Of a stretch of DNA of 64,000 nt, positions 44,199 through 57,049 are shown one piece after another (position 1 is the stretch's first letter; every line of letters begins with the position of its first letter). The DNA comes from Octopus vulgaris (taxonomy: Eukaryota). The notes under the pieces are model-generated. The model was not told the origin of the DNA, ran no database searches, and saw only the letters and a program-made list of their open reading frames with translations. A program made the position numbers and the translations under genes. Where the stretch lies: the NCBI GenBank assembly GCA_951406725.2, contig CATOCA020000001.1:7254001-7318000 (forward strand). Direction: 5' to 3'.

Positions 44199-46981
44199 GT
44201 GAGTATAAAATAAGAGTACCTAATTGATTTATATAAGTTTCAGACTGAAAAAAAGATCTCATTCCTTCTATCCTATTGAAAGGTTAGCTTTAAAGTGATT
44301 CTTTAAAGTGACTCAGAAAATATCCACCGATGTCAGCAGTTTTGATAATAATAGATAGAGGACATATTTGAGAGTACAGGACGGCATCATTAAATGGTCC
44401 TTTCTCACAGCTTTCTGTGTATATTGGGAGACATGTAGCCTCTCCACTGTCCAGTGTCCATCTAGTAGTGTACCAGGCATCACCCACATATAGTGGCTTA
44501 TTCTATGTAGGTGAATAACGTAGAGGTTGGTGAGTCCTGCCTTCTTTCCTACTAACTAAATCTCTTCTCATTTCTAGCTTTATCATAACACCGATCCATT
44601 ATTGATTTCTCTCTAAATCATGGCATTGACACCGTGAAAGAAATGCGTATCATTCTTTTTTTGTTTGCTTTAACTTTTGAAATTTTATTATCAAGGGGAA
44701 ACTATTGATATATTGCTTCATACTGAACCTGATCTTATTCACTTGTTCCAGAAAAATTTCTTAAAATGTTAGCAGATTAAATTTTGATAATTTTTACCCA
44801 ATGAGAAAACAGGATTTGGAAGCAAGCATTTTGAGCGGGATCACAAAACAGCGACAACAGATGACGACATTACGACGACAAAAAATTCAACGACGGAAGT
44901 TTTAATAAGTTTTAATCAATTAACTTATGTGAAATATCATAACAGGCATGAGAAAAATTAGAAAAACGAGAAAAAAACAATATAAACTAAATGGGAATGT
45001 TGAATTACGAAAAAATAACGAAAGTTTGCGACGCAGTTTAGGAGTTTGTAACAGAAAATTCTGATTTAAGCATCCCATTTGAACCTATATATATTTTTTT
45101 TATTTTTTTGAGTTTTGAGAAAATGTTTGCAAATGTGAGTCCTACTCACGGGAATTCCTATGATTAAGCAAACTTATTTCAAAACATTTATTAATCCCTT
45201 ACCTTCATACATCCTAAAATTTATACTCTTTTTCAATTTTTTTGTTTTTCAAATCAGAGTTTGAAATACAGAGTTTGTCCGAATTATTTGCCTAAATCCC
45301 AGCAACGGACCACCCTTCACTGCATGATCATTCCATTTAATGAGTTTATGGGAGGAAAAATATTGAAAAACATCAATACATGTCATAGTAGCAAGGAAAC
45401 GAGGAAGATGTCAGGTGGTCAGGAGATGTGCTAAAAACAACAGCTAAATCGCCATTAACAGACAAGATGGTGAAGATGCCGACGACCGCTTTGTTCAAAG
45501 TCTCCCTTGACCTCAAGTGGCCTGAACTCTTTACATGAACACCACCCTGTACTTAACTACATGTCCCCCTACATGGCCTTGCTTTTTGCTTTTGAGCCAA
45601 AAAATTAACTTAACTTAACTCACACAGATTTTTACTTCATAATTTTATAATTCCCATGTATAGAACACAAATTTGCAATCAGTTTCTGAAAATCCCCCAA
45701 AATACAGTAAGTTATTTGGGATTATGTGGGGATAATAAAACCAGAATTCCTGCCAATTTCCGTAATCCCTGTGCCAAATAAACTCGCAGAGACACGAGTC
45801 AACCTTAGAAGGGGAAGTTTCAGAGTGACAATAACAGACGTGTAAAAGCAAGAATAAAAGGTAACAGACGAGTAAGGAGGCTACACAACACCTTCGCTTG
45901 ATACCATGGAAACGGGTGCCAATGCATTTGTGGATTTCGAGTGACTAAAGTACAATACAAAATTTGTAGATTTAAAAGCTGTTAAGTTTTTATTTATTAA
46001 ATTATGGGGAAAGTGAATTTCATTTCCATAATTAGCATACAACTCTACATCAATACATGAAATTTGAAATCAATCGGAAAAAAATTGAAGGAATTGAAAA
46101 GTGAAAGCCAAACAGATGGACAAAATATAATACGTTGAGGTCATTTTTGTATCTTGTCTTTTCGTATTTTAATTAGTTCAGATGTACCTAGTTTTTTCTG
46201 AGAGTTCAATCCAGAAAATCAATCAAGATATTTCTAAATCGTGATATGCTTTAGTCATGATCATAGGATGTTATCAAACAGTAAGAATGAGATTCCATTT
46301 ATGGGTCTTTAGAGTAACATTACTCAATAGAATGTATAGTTCAGAAATATGGGAGTCTCTTCATGTTCACATCTCTGGTACTACAAACATATGATCGGAA
46401 TGTCGCAAGAACAAATTAAAGGAGAGATTCCTAAAACAAAACCAATGGAGTAGAAGACCTAGTGGTAGACCAAAAACGAAATAGTTGGATCATATTCATA
46501 GTCTTAGTTGTTTGCGCTTAGGAAACCAACCAAAACGTCTTACGATGGTTGCATCTGATGGGACCCTATGGAGGAGGCCTCTACCCCCAAACCCTCCCAG
46601 GAATATTGACCAGTGGAATGGACAGATGGATCAAATGGTTTGACTGTTGGTCGTCTATGTTGATTTTCTAGGTTCTCATATACTTTTGCCCCCACAAACA
46701 CTTCTCCTGCCATCTCTTTACCATATTCTCAAATGTAATTTACAATTAATTCTCTTTAAAATCTTCACAATTTTCATCCTGTACTTCAACCTCTTTGTTA
46801 TTATTTAATCAGCGTTCTTAGAAATAGAGAACGATGTCTTATATATTTTATTTTTCTTAACTACTTCTCATTCCTCTATGGACATAATGCCTTTGTTGTA
46901 TTGATAACAAACTACAGTAAAGATCTTTTATAATATTGTTAATGTTGTTGCATTTATTTCTAACTGTTGTATGTTTTGCAG

Positions 46982-47166
46982 GGAGGGAATTAGGAATTGA
47001 ATCTGTTCAATTGGAAATCATCAGATATGACTATCCTTATAACACCGTGGAACAGAGCTTCCAGATGCTGCGGAGATGGTTTACACGTTGTGATCCAGAG
47101 AAACGAACACACAAAACACTCAGAGAAGCTCTTGAGAAAGGTGAGTGTTTCGATGCACTCGAATGA
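46982..47166 (+). CDS. Death domain 1, second exon (GRELGIESVQLEIIRYDYP...QSFQMLRRW...TLREALEKGECFDALE*); internal donor after 47140
   Basis: ttttgcag acceptor; DD motifs ELG, EQ.FQML..W, L.EAL. TGA at 47164-47166; AAAG|GTGAGT at 47140/47141. Confidence 0.88.
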
Positions 47167-47645
47167 GAATCACTTCCATTCTACCATTTCAGATCTTTTC
47201 ACTGCCCATAATGTAAGGATGAAGAGTTACCTGTAGTAGAGTGAAGTTTGTGCAAGTGTATCCTCTTTGAGGACACCTGTTATCATTTTCTGTTCCGCCT
47301 GTGTAGAAGTAATCTTCGCTCACCTTTATAAACACTGCTCTATTAAGATGTCTTAAAGCATTTCAAGCATCAGTTGACATTCTGGTGAACAGTGATGCAG
47401 GAAGTTGAAAACTAATCATTACCTGCAGCAATGTTTAAGAAGGAGATCAGGTGTGAGTGTTTATACAACTTAAAGGGGTGTGTGTAATGTGTTAATGGTT
47501 AGATCATGGATAACAAAACTGGTTGCCATTGGAATTAAGCAAAGATGAGAATAATGTTGGTAAGAGAAGGGCAGAAGTGAGGGCACAATTTCACGTCATA
47601 TGTTTAGTGCAGATATAAGAAAGGAAAGACAAACCTAATAAAAGA

Positions 47646-48675
47646 ATAATAATGAAATTATTGTATACAGTGCTCAGGTGCACCACAACTTGTCAGAGAG
47701 TGCGTATGAAGTACATGCTGTAATGGACAAATGTCTGGAAAGCTGACAATGTATGTGTCAGACACATGCTTGTGTGTGTATGGAGGGGAGAAAATCAGAT
47801 GTAGTGTTGGCTAATCTCAGAAAGCATGGAAGTTTTGAAGGATGCAGTGCTCTAGCAACTAACAACTGATTCCGGCAGTTTGTTCCATGCTTCAGCAACT
47901 CTCAGCGTGAAAAAATGTTTCCTAAATTCATAGGAACTGTGCTATTTTCTGACTTTGTAAATATGTCCACGGGTGTTAGACGGGTGGAGTTTGAAAAGGT
48001 TCTCAGAGTTATTGTTTGTAAGATGGTTAATAATTTTATGGGTGTCTGCCAAGTCAGCTGCCAGACGTCGGAGTTTCAATATATGCATGCCCAGGAAGGT
48101 AAGGCGTTCAGAATATAGCAAATGCCTGATGGAGGGTATTCTTTTGGTTGCACGTCGCTGAACGGCTTCCAGACCATTAATATCCTGGGCAAGATAGGGG
48201 TTCCAGACCGGTGATGCAAATTCCAGATGCGGTCTTACCATAGCTATATAAAGCCGCAGATAGGTAGCCGGAGAGCAGCTCACAAAGGACTTGGTGAGTG
48301 ATGCCTCAGACAATTTTAGCAATGTGTTTTGTCCAACGCAAATCACTATCGACAATAACACTCAGGTCACGTTCACACGAAGACTTTTTGAGATTAGTGT
48401 TGTGGAGGGAATAAGTGGACGCTGGATTTCTCCTCCCAAAATGCATAGTGGTACATTTGTCCACAGCCAGCTTGAGTTGCCAGTCCATGATCCATTGCTG
48501 CATTGTGTTTAATTCTGCTTGCAATAGAGATCTATAGTATACAGGATCTGACCTCTTTATTTCGAGGTACGGCTTGATGTCAACTGCATATTTCAGCACT
48601 GTGGCATTCTTTAAGTTGGCATCTATGGCATTAACATACGCAACAAATAAAAAGGGGGCCAAGAACAGATCAACA
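47646..48675 (-). mobile_element. 5'-truncated CR1-clade LINE inserted only in duplicate copy 2
   Basis: LYIAMVRPHLEFASPVWNPY...LEAVQRRATK, decayed YADD (KYAVD), TRGH; empty site aataaaagattggtgttatc at ~40290. Confidence 0.9.
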
Positions 48676-48942
48676 GGTGTTATCAAGTGATAATTAAATG
48701 AAATAATGACACAGTTGTTAGATTATGTCGAATGTCTCAAAAGATAAAGGAAATTTTGGAAGGCAGTGTAAATATTTAACTATTACATGGTAATCCTGTT
48801 CAAACTATAAACATTCTAACCAAACTTATTGTCTTCAACAGTTGATCATCTATGAAAAGCAGCCCTGATATAAAATATAGATTATTAATAAAGATAGAGA
48901 AATTTTTTTTAAATGTTTGAAACTTGGAAATATTCATTTCAG

Positions 48943-48993
48943 TGAATCGAACATTTGAAGACAAAGAAATCAAGACACTGGCTGAACCTGTTG
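48943..48993 (+). CDS. Linker exon L2' (VNRTFEDKEIKTLAEPV), duplicate of 40568-40618
   Basis: Two substitutions versus L2; splice sites intact, phase 1-1. Confidence 0.75.
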
Positions 48994-50887
48994 GTGAGTA
49001 TAAAATAACAGCACTTGATTGATTTCTGTAAGGTTTATCCCCTGCTGAACTATTTTGATATCAGAATGATAAAGATCAGCTTCCATTCTTACCTGTCAAT
49101 GGGAAGTTTTAGCATTAAACTAATCATATTAAACATATCGATACTATTGACATTTCATAAAGTATCCAATCAGGTTAGCACGGTTGGTGAAATGGATAAA
49201 TTAGAAGCAAAATAGATTTCAGGTTCTCTTTTGGAACAGTCAAATAATATATGTTGTGGTTTAACAGGTGAAGTAATGACAAAGGTTTTGTTTGTTTTAT
49301 ATTTTTGAAATGTTTACTGACAAGATATTCTTGTTATTTTAGCTGATGTCTCGCATAATCTGACAGACTTACAATGAAATGCGTTCCAAATATGACCACA
49401 CTCTTATTTTTCACTGATAATAAATCTATCATTGCATCCAGTAAACATTGTCTTTATTCAAGTGGAAGACGTTGGTTTGCTGCTCAGAAAACCGTTGTCT
49501 CTTTCCCTTTCTTCAAACTTCATAGAGGCTGTATGATACAATACAATCAAATACATTCAAAGAGACATCGGACGGGTTGAAAGGAGAACGGATAGTGAAC
49601 ACCTTAGATAAAAGCTCCTTAAGAACCCTTCTTACGATACTATGATTGTTTTTGCCGATGCTAAGAGGGGGATATTATAAGGCACTAAAGATGAAGAGAA
49701 CACGAATATACGGGACATATACAATGACCCCAAACGAAGTCAACCTTATCTCCTCATGTTTGGTTTGAAATGTCCAATGAAACCAGTAATCAAATATTTC
49801 AGCTTTGCGATTTCAGCAAGAAACAAGTATAAAGCTTAGTGAAGAAGGCAAGAACGGAGATTGCAACGGGAGGTGATTGTGTACCATAGAACATGTACAA
49901 ATGTTGTGCCCAGGTGTTATAAGCATTAATTACTATTTAGAGAGTTGTGGGATAAAGGTGAACTGATTAATGAATGGTGCAAGACAAAAGGATTTTATTC
50001 ATCAAAGTAAGTTAATGCAGAACTAAGTGACCAATTGGAGCCAATTTCAATCTTGAATGGCAAGATTTACAAGGCTGTACTTGCTAAGAGATCAGCTATA
50101 TATCTACAAAATAATGATTAAGTAAGATGAAATATCCAGAAGGCTGGCATCTCCAGAACCCCTGTATGTAGAACATGGATTTTCAGTCTGGGACTCGATA
50201 GAAAACACAAAGGGAAATTAAGGAATTTGAATGTGTTATGGCTTAAGCTGGTTAATGCTTTTGGCCCTCTATCAAGCAGTAAATATCTCCAATCAAGTGT
50301 TGATGGATGCAATGAACTTTAAATATGAGAGAAGAATAAGGATTTTATGAGGGGCTGCTATAACAATTTCAATATGTGTTTCATGAGAGAAAATTTCACA
50401 AAAGACTTGCATCATTTTGAAATTGGAATTGTTGTAGTTTGCAAAATATCAGTCATTTTGTTTGTGCCTCTTATGGAGATGTTCCTTTGATCAGCAGATT
50501 GATCAAGAGAGACCGGTTCGAGTGAAATAACCTAAGAAGGAAGACATCCATGGATGATATAAAAGTACCATGTAAGATATTTGGCACAGATATAAGAAAC
50601 AAAAGATAAAACTAAGGAAACAACAGTTTCTTCAATTGATAAATAAACGAGATAATTGCTACGTTACTTGATAATGAATGTAGGATTTCTTAATAGAGAG
50701 AAGTCTAGGAAGGTTAGTCTGTTTGGTTATCGACGTAAATATTGAGCTATTCCATGGGACCACGAAAGAAGTATAAAAATAATGGCCATTAATGATAAGA
50801 ATGACTTACATTTATAAAATAAAGACCAATTAACAGAGACAGAGAAATTATACTATGACGTGTAAAATTTGGAAATATTTATTTCAG

Positions 50888-50959
50888 AGTCTGTAAACCT
50901 GGATGAGAAACTTCTTCATAGTGTAGCAAAGAAGTTGGGGAATAAATGGCAGCAACTTG
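50888..50959 (+). CDS. Death domain 2, first exon (ESVNLDEKLLHSVAKKLGNKWQQL)
   Basis: tatttcag / G|gtgagt, 72 nt; paralogous to 44127-44198. Confidence 0.88.
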
Positions 50960-52173
50960 GTGAGTAAAAAAAAGCACTTGATTTCTATAAATTCTGCCAT
51001 CATTTCAACTTTTGTTTGTTAGAATGACTGAGAACAGGTTCCATTCCTAATTTTCTTTCGAATGGTTAGCTAAAGATATTACTGAAATATCACCGAGTAT
51101 GGTGAAATAGATAAATTAGAAGATACACAAGAGTTAATAGTGTCGTTTGGGACAGGTAACTAAATTCTATTATTGTTTACAAGTAAACAGGTGAGTTAAT
51201 GTCAATGTTTCTATTGGTTTACATTGCTATTTAATATACTGGTAGGTTGTTGTTGTTGTTTAGGCAGATGTATGCCTTAATCTGGCAGATTTTAGAGGAA
51301 AAGTGTCCCAGGTGTGACGCCGTTCTTTTCTTGGCAGAACAGGACCACATTATCAAATGCAACATTCTAACAGGAGACTGTATATCTCGTGTGACATGTT
51401 GTAGTAACTCTCCTGGTTAGCCTGTTTCTCTATATTTATTGTAGTCCTTTAGCCCCAGGACAACCTATAGTCCTCTCTCAAACCAGACAGGCCCTATGTT
51501 GATTATTTTCCAGGGTCGCCTGAACTCAGCCCATTAAGTTAAGGAAATGCAAAATATCAAATAATCATCCTAACAGAAGTTGTAAAGACAACTTGACTTT
51601 GTCAATTGAAATCATTTCACTCTTCTTCTTTGCTTTACAAACCTCATTTGGAAAGGCATGAACATCACAATAAACCATGTCTCCTTGTCTCAAAGTTTAA
51701 CAACAGAAAGTATCTTTTATACAATGCTCCTAGTATTTACAGTAATGTATTCTACCTCCCTATGGTACCTATATGCATGTAGGTAGAATGCACCATAGAG
51801 AAATGTCTTTACGTGGGACATTGAGCTTTGCTGGGGACTAGATTTGAACCTTCGTTCCCTGACACAAAAGGTCATGACAATCACCGCACTCAGCTGATAG
51901 AAATGATTATTAAGAAAGGACATCATGTATGACGTGGCCAACTTGTTATATCTTTTGAATTCATATAAAATGTACCAGTCATATACTGGGGTAAAATCGA
52001 TTCACTAACAGCAGTCCATTATCCTCATCTTCCGTTCATTTTTCTCCCACAGTTGTGTTTCTTTGTCAGGTTTAACTTTTTTCCTTCCATTTAGATCTCC
52101 TGCCATTTCTTTACCCAAATTTTATTTTTCACACTCCCACTCCCCATATTTCTACCATCTCCTCTCTCATGTA

Positions 52174-53458
52174 TTAGGGTGACAACTAAGTTCCCTCTAT
52201 TTTGTTTTAAAATTTAAAAGGTTTTATAAAAAATCCAGCTAATTAATGAATAATGTATTCACCCTTGTTGTTTACAACTTCTTTCCAACGTTCAACAAGA
52301 TTTGTAATACCTCGTTCGTGGAAATCACCCGATTTCGACTGGAAAAATTGATCCAACCAAGCTCTCAATTCTGCATCAGTATTGAACGAAACTCCGCGTA
52401 TATCATTTGAAAGAGATCGAAAGAGGTAGAAATCCGTTGGTGCCAAATCAGGAGAGTACGGCGGGTTTGGCAGCACTTCCCAGCCATGCGTTTGAATGGC
52501 TTCCTTGGTTATATTGGCGATGTGAGGGCGGGCTTTGTCGTGCAGCAGAAGAACTCCATGCTGACGATTAGGTCTTTTCTCTTGAATAGCTGTGTTGAGC
52601 CGTTGCATCTTTTGAACATAGAGTTCCGTGTTAACCGTTTGGTTCCGTTCAAGCAATTCGTAATGGATAATTCCTTCCCAGCCCCACCATACGCACAACA
52701 TCGCTTTACGCAGATGAAGATCTTTTCACGCGCGGTATCGCTTGTTTACTGGGGCTAAGCCATTCCTTACGCTGCTTCATATTGATGTTCAGGCACCATT
52801 TTCCGACTCTAGTAACGATTCGGCCAAGAAATCGTTGCCTGTGTCCATGAGTTGAGCGGTGACGAGCAAACAAGCCAGCAGAAATTGTGGCTCGTTGATT
52901 TCTGCTGTTGTCACTTAAAGCATGCTGAACCCATGCTCCATACTTCTGAACCCATCCCATCGAGTGAAGATGCTTCTCTATAGCAGTGTGAGAGCATTCC
53001 ATTTTCTCTGACTGTTCCCCTGTCATTTGACGTGAATTTTCGTGCAAAAGTTGGTTTAATCGCTCTTCATCGAACTCAACTGGACGGCCAGAACAAAGTG
53101 CATCTTTGAGGTCAAATTTTCCATTTGTGAACATGGCATACCAATCACAAGCGGTTCTTTCAGTTATGGCACCCTCTCCATACACTGTACAAATGTCGCG
53201 AGCAGCTTTTGCAGCCTTAGAACCTTGATTAAAAGCAAAAAAGTAGGTGTCGAAAATGCTCGTTTTTCTTAACTTGACATTCAGTTTTAATGATCTGAAA
53301 ATAAACAAAAATTAACTAAAATTAACTACAAAGAAAACAAAATAGATTCCAAAATGATTCAAAATAGAATTCTAAAAAACAAAAATAGATTCCAAAATTT
53401 AAAAACGCCATAAATTCCAAAATTTATAAAAACCGCGGGAACTTAGTTGCCAACCCAA
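52174..53458 (-). mobile_element. Mariner (DD34D) element with frameshifted transposase (ORFs 52706-53308 and 52243-52701)
   Basis: TA TSDs; TIRs TTGGGTTGGCAACTAAGTTCCC / TTAGGGTGACAACTAAGTTCCC; motifs SGRP, WVQHAL (WVPHEL), HDKARPH, YSPDLAPTDFYLF. Confidence 0.93.
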
Positions 53459-55091
53459 TACTATCTCTGCTTCTTTCAAGACAAAGTTTTCTTCCTGCTC
53501 ATCTTTTGTCCAGCATCTCTACACCTGAATATTTTACTTCTAGTGAAGTATGTCCACCTCATTTCATGCCAGTTTTTAATACATTTTCCACATTCAATGC
53601 AATATTGCACTTTAGAACTACACATCACTTTGCACTTCATCTGGAAACAGAATCGCTTCAATGCAAATAGACATAACAGCTCTCTGTACAATTTTGCAGT
53701 TCATTTACTATGCTTTCCGCATAGTCTCCTCCACTTCTAATCATATCTGTTAGGTAACAGAAACCAGCAACTACGTCTTTCTGAGTTGATATTACTTCAG
53801 ATTCATTTTGTATATTTCATACTTACAAACCCCTTGCCTTCTTTCAACTTCTCTCTGATCCCACTGTACACTTTGTGTGCATTGAATACACCATATAGAA
53901 ATCCTATTACCCCCACCTTTCTTTTCCTGCATATCGAATATGATAACCTCCCAGTTCAGGTAGATATTTATGGATACAGTAGTTCCTTCAGGATCTAACT
54001 GTTGTTGGCATGTAGATGGCGAGTCCTGCCTTCGTTTTTGCTAAAACACTTCTCATTGTAAGGGTTACCTTGAAACCTCTCCATTATAAGAATTTCTCTA
54101 AAGAGTGGAAGAAATCATTATTATGAGTCATGAATACAGAAAGACTAAGCTGTTGCCTTTTATAATATGTGATGTGTAGCAATCACTATGAAATTGTCTG
54201 TGTGGTTGACATCCTTCTACCATGCATTGTATGTATTTCTATTTTAATTGGTCCAGGTGTACCAAATATTATTGTTATTATTTGACATTTCAATCTCAGC
54301 TTTCTAGATATTTGTAAATATGACAATTTGAGGCATAAACCATGGAATGTTATCAAACGTCGGAAATAGACTCCTTTTGAAGGGTCTCTGGAGTAACGTT
54401 ACTCGACAGGGTGTGTAGGCTGGAGATGTGGGTGTCCCTCCAGGTCAAACGGCTGCTTCTCTGCATTGAGAAGTCAGAACTCCAGTAACACAGAAACGTG
54501 ATTAGAATGTCACAAAAATGAATCGCAAAACGGCTTCTTGAAGCTGAGCCAACTGACAGGAGACCCCTAGGGGTAGATCGAGACTAGATTGTTGGATAAA
54601 ATCCATAGTTTCAATTGGTCATCTTTGAGAATGGATTCAGAATATCTTCTGATAGGACCCGACGAAGGAGATTCCTAAAGACTCTACCCCAGCAACCCTT
54701 CTATGAATAAAGGACAGAGAAAATGGATGGATGGATCAAATCGTGTAACTGTTGGTCTCTATTGATTCTTTAGGCTCTCATACACTCTTACCCACAGAAA
54801 AACACTTCTCCTTCCTGCTCTTTACCAAACATTTTCTCGTGTAACTTTCAGTTAATTCTTTTTCAAAATGTTTTCTCCATTTCCAGCCTTTATTTCAAAA
54901 TGTTTGTTATTTTTGTCAACATCTTTAGAAACAGAGACCAATGTCTTCTATTTTCCCTGTTTCTTAAGTATTTCTCATTCCTCTAATCACATAATTTCTT
55001 TGCTATATTTATAACAACCCACCACACACGTGTGTTATACTATCTGTAATGTTGTTTTAATTATATTTTTGTATTGTTGTATCTTTTGCAG

Positions 55092-55297
55092 GGAGAGAAT
55101 TAGGAATTAAACAAGTTGACCTGAACATTATCAAGAGTGACTTCCCTAATGATACAGCAGAACAAAGTTTCCAGATGCTCTATAAATGGTTCCAGTGTTG
55201 TGATCCAGCGAATCGTACACTTAAAACATTAACGGAAGCTCTGGAGGAAATCGAGTGTTTCGACGCTCTTGAACATCTATCATTAGACACAAATTGA
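55092..55297 (+). CDS. Death domain 2, terminal exon (GRELGIKQVDLNIIKSDFPNDTAEQSFQMLYKW...LEEIECFDALEHLSLDTN*)
   Basis: ttttgcag acceptor, open to TGA 55295-55297; paralogous to 46982-47166. Confidence 0.9.
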
Positions 55298-55529
55298 ATT
55301 TTTGAGTAAACTGTCGCTGCTGTTGTGTCCTAAGTCTACATTCGACAAATGCCTTCCATCCAGGACTATCCTGCCTTTCACTTTAGAGAACTCAATACCA
55401 CATTGTCTACTGTGTCCTTCCTTCAGATGACATATTGTGAATTGAGTAGGATTCGGCTACTAATTCTAGCAGATCTGTCTACTCCATTGAGGGCAATTGT
55501 TTCCCTTGTTGTTAGAGATTAACTGTGGA

Positions 55530-55577
55530 AATAAAGATAAACTTTGAAATTTCATTTGTTGTTGATGTTGTTGTTGT
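55530..55577 (+). terminator. Probable polyadenylation signal with GT-rich downstream element
   Basis: AATAAA at 55530-55535, about 230 nt after the DD2 stop, then tttgttgttgatgttgttgttgt. Confidence 0.55.
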
Positions 55578-55795
55578 AAGTCCCTGTATCTCCCTAAACA
55601 CCTCCATTGTTATGTAGGCAGTTTTAATATCTTGTGGATTTCTTCATAAAAATGGAATGTGTAATTCCATTTTGTAAAGCTTGCTTAAAATCCCATTTTG
55701 CTTTCGAGTAGAACCTTCCTTCTTGTAAACACAATTGTCAGTAAATATAGGATTTCCATTTCTTGCAGTCAATAATTTTACATTAGGAGCTCAGT

Positions 55796-56110
55796 GAAGG
55801 CGCGTGGCTTAGTGATTAGGGCATTCGGTTCACGATCGTAATGTTGTGAGTTCAATTCCCAGCGACGCGTTGTGTCCTTGAGGAAGACACTTTATTTCAT
55901 GTTAATCCCGTCCACTCAGCTGGCAAAAATGTGTAGTACATGTATTTCAAATGGCCGGCCTTGTCACACTTTGTGTCACGCTGAATCTCCCTGAGAAGTG
56001 CGTTAAGGATACACGTGTCTGTGGAGCACTCGGCCACTTGCACGTTAAGTTCACGAACAAGCTGTTCCGTTGATCGTATCAGCTGGGATCCGTGTCGTCG
56101 TAACCAACAG
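55796..56110 (+). mobile_element. tRNA-derived SINE (third family)
   Basis: A-box gtggcttagtg, B-box gagttcaattcc, followed by tgtgtccttgagg aagacactt core. Confidence 0.72.
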
Positions 56111-57049
56111 AAAGTTCCTTCATTAACTCACCCAATGTTAAAACAAGATTTGGCTCAAATTGTTTTTGGTAATACCTCTATAAGGACAAGGAACACAACA
56201 CGTATAATTATAGGGCCAAACTCCTAAAGGTTTCAAAGATATGCTCCGCCAAAATTTGAGGGCCAAGTCCCTCGTGGAGAGTGGATGTCAATTTATACAT
56301 AATTTGCTGCTGAACATCTTTAAAACTAATCGTAGGCCAATAACATGAATTAAGTATGAAGGAGATGAGAAAACCAGTTGAAATTTTGAACGGATAAAGT
56401 ATGGATACATACATTCCTGCATCACAAGTTTCATTCCCTTGTTTAATTGTTCACAGGGTGAACTTACGAGGCAAATCCTGTCAGAAGAATGAGTTGTGTT
56501 CACCCCGAACCATTTTCAGAGGCCTCCTCTAAATATTGTTTATGCCTGGTACATTGTCAGTCTTCCTATCATGGACAGATTAGTCGTGAAATTGAAGAAA
56601 CTCAGCAGAAGTTTGCTTGTATTATGCTTCTTGGTCCCATGAGGGTCCCTTGAATATTGATTCTTTAAAACATTTCCGCTTATGAAAGGATTCATATTTG
56701 AAAGACCAATAACGTGAATATGGAGGAAGATAGAGCAATTCCGAAAGCAGATACTGACAGGGTGCGTTCAGATTACCCGGAGTGGCTAATCTTAGACAAA
56801 TAGTATCATTAGTATTAAAGGTGTTCAACACAATCTGTATAAACTGACATTAGAGCAACCCGAGGGGTGTAGCTCTCAAATTTTGGTGGGGTGTATCATT
56901 GAAACCTTTCGGAGTTGGACCCTAAAATCATAAGTATGTCCCTTGTGCATATAGCGGTATTCCCAAAATAATTTTGTGCCAAATCTGTGTTGGGCACGTC
57001 CACAGCTTTGACTGAGTTCTTTTGGAATGACCCATTAGCTTTCATCGAA

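Larger units (their letters stand above)
47166..49597 (+). repeat. High-identity intragenic duplicate of 39820-41597 (includes linker exon L2)
   Basis: agaatcacttccattctaccatttcagatct begins at 39820 and 47166; the copies stay collinear to ggatagt apart from the private SINE and CR1 insertions. Confidence 0.93.

Noticed and set aside
55796-55870. tRNA-like A/B boxes as a tRNA gene
   Set aside because: No convincing cloverleaf and it runs into a SINE body; the same applies to the other SINE heads.
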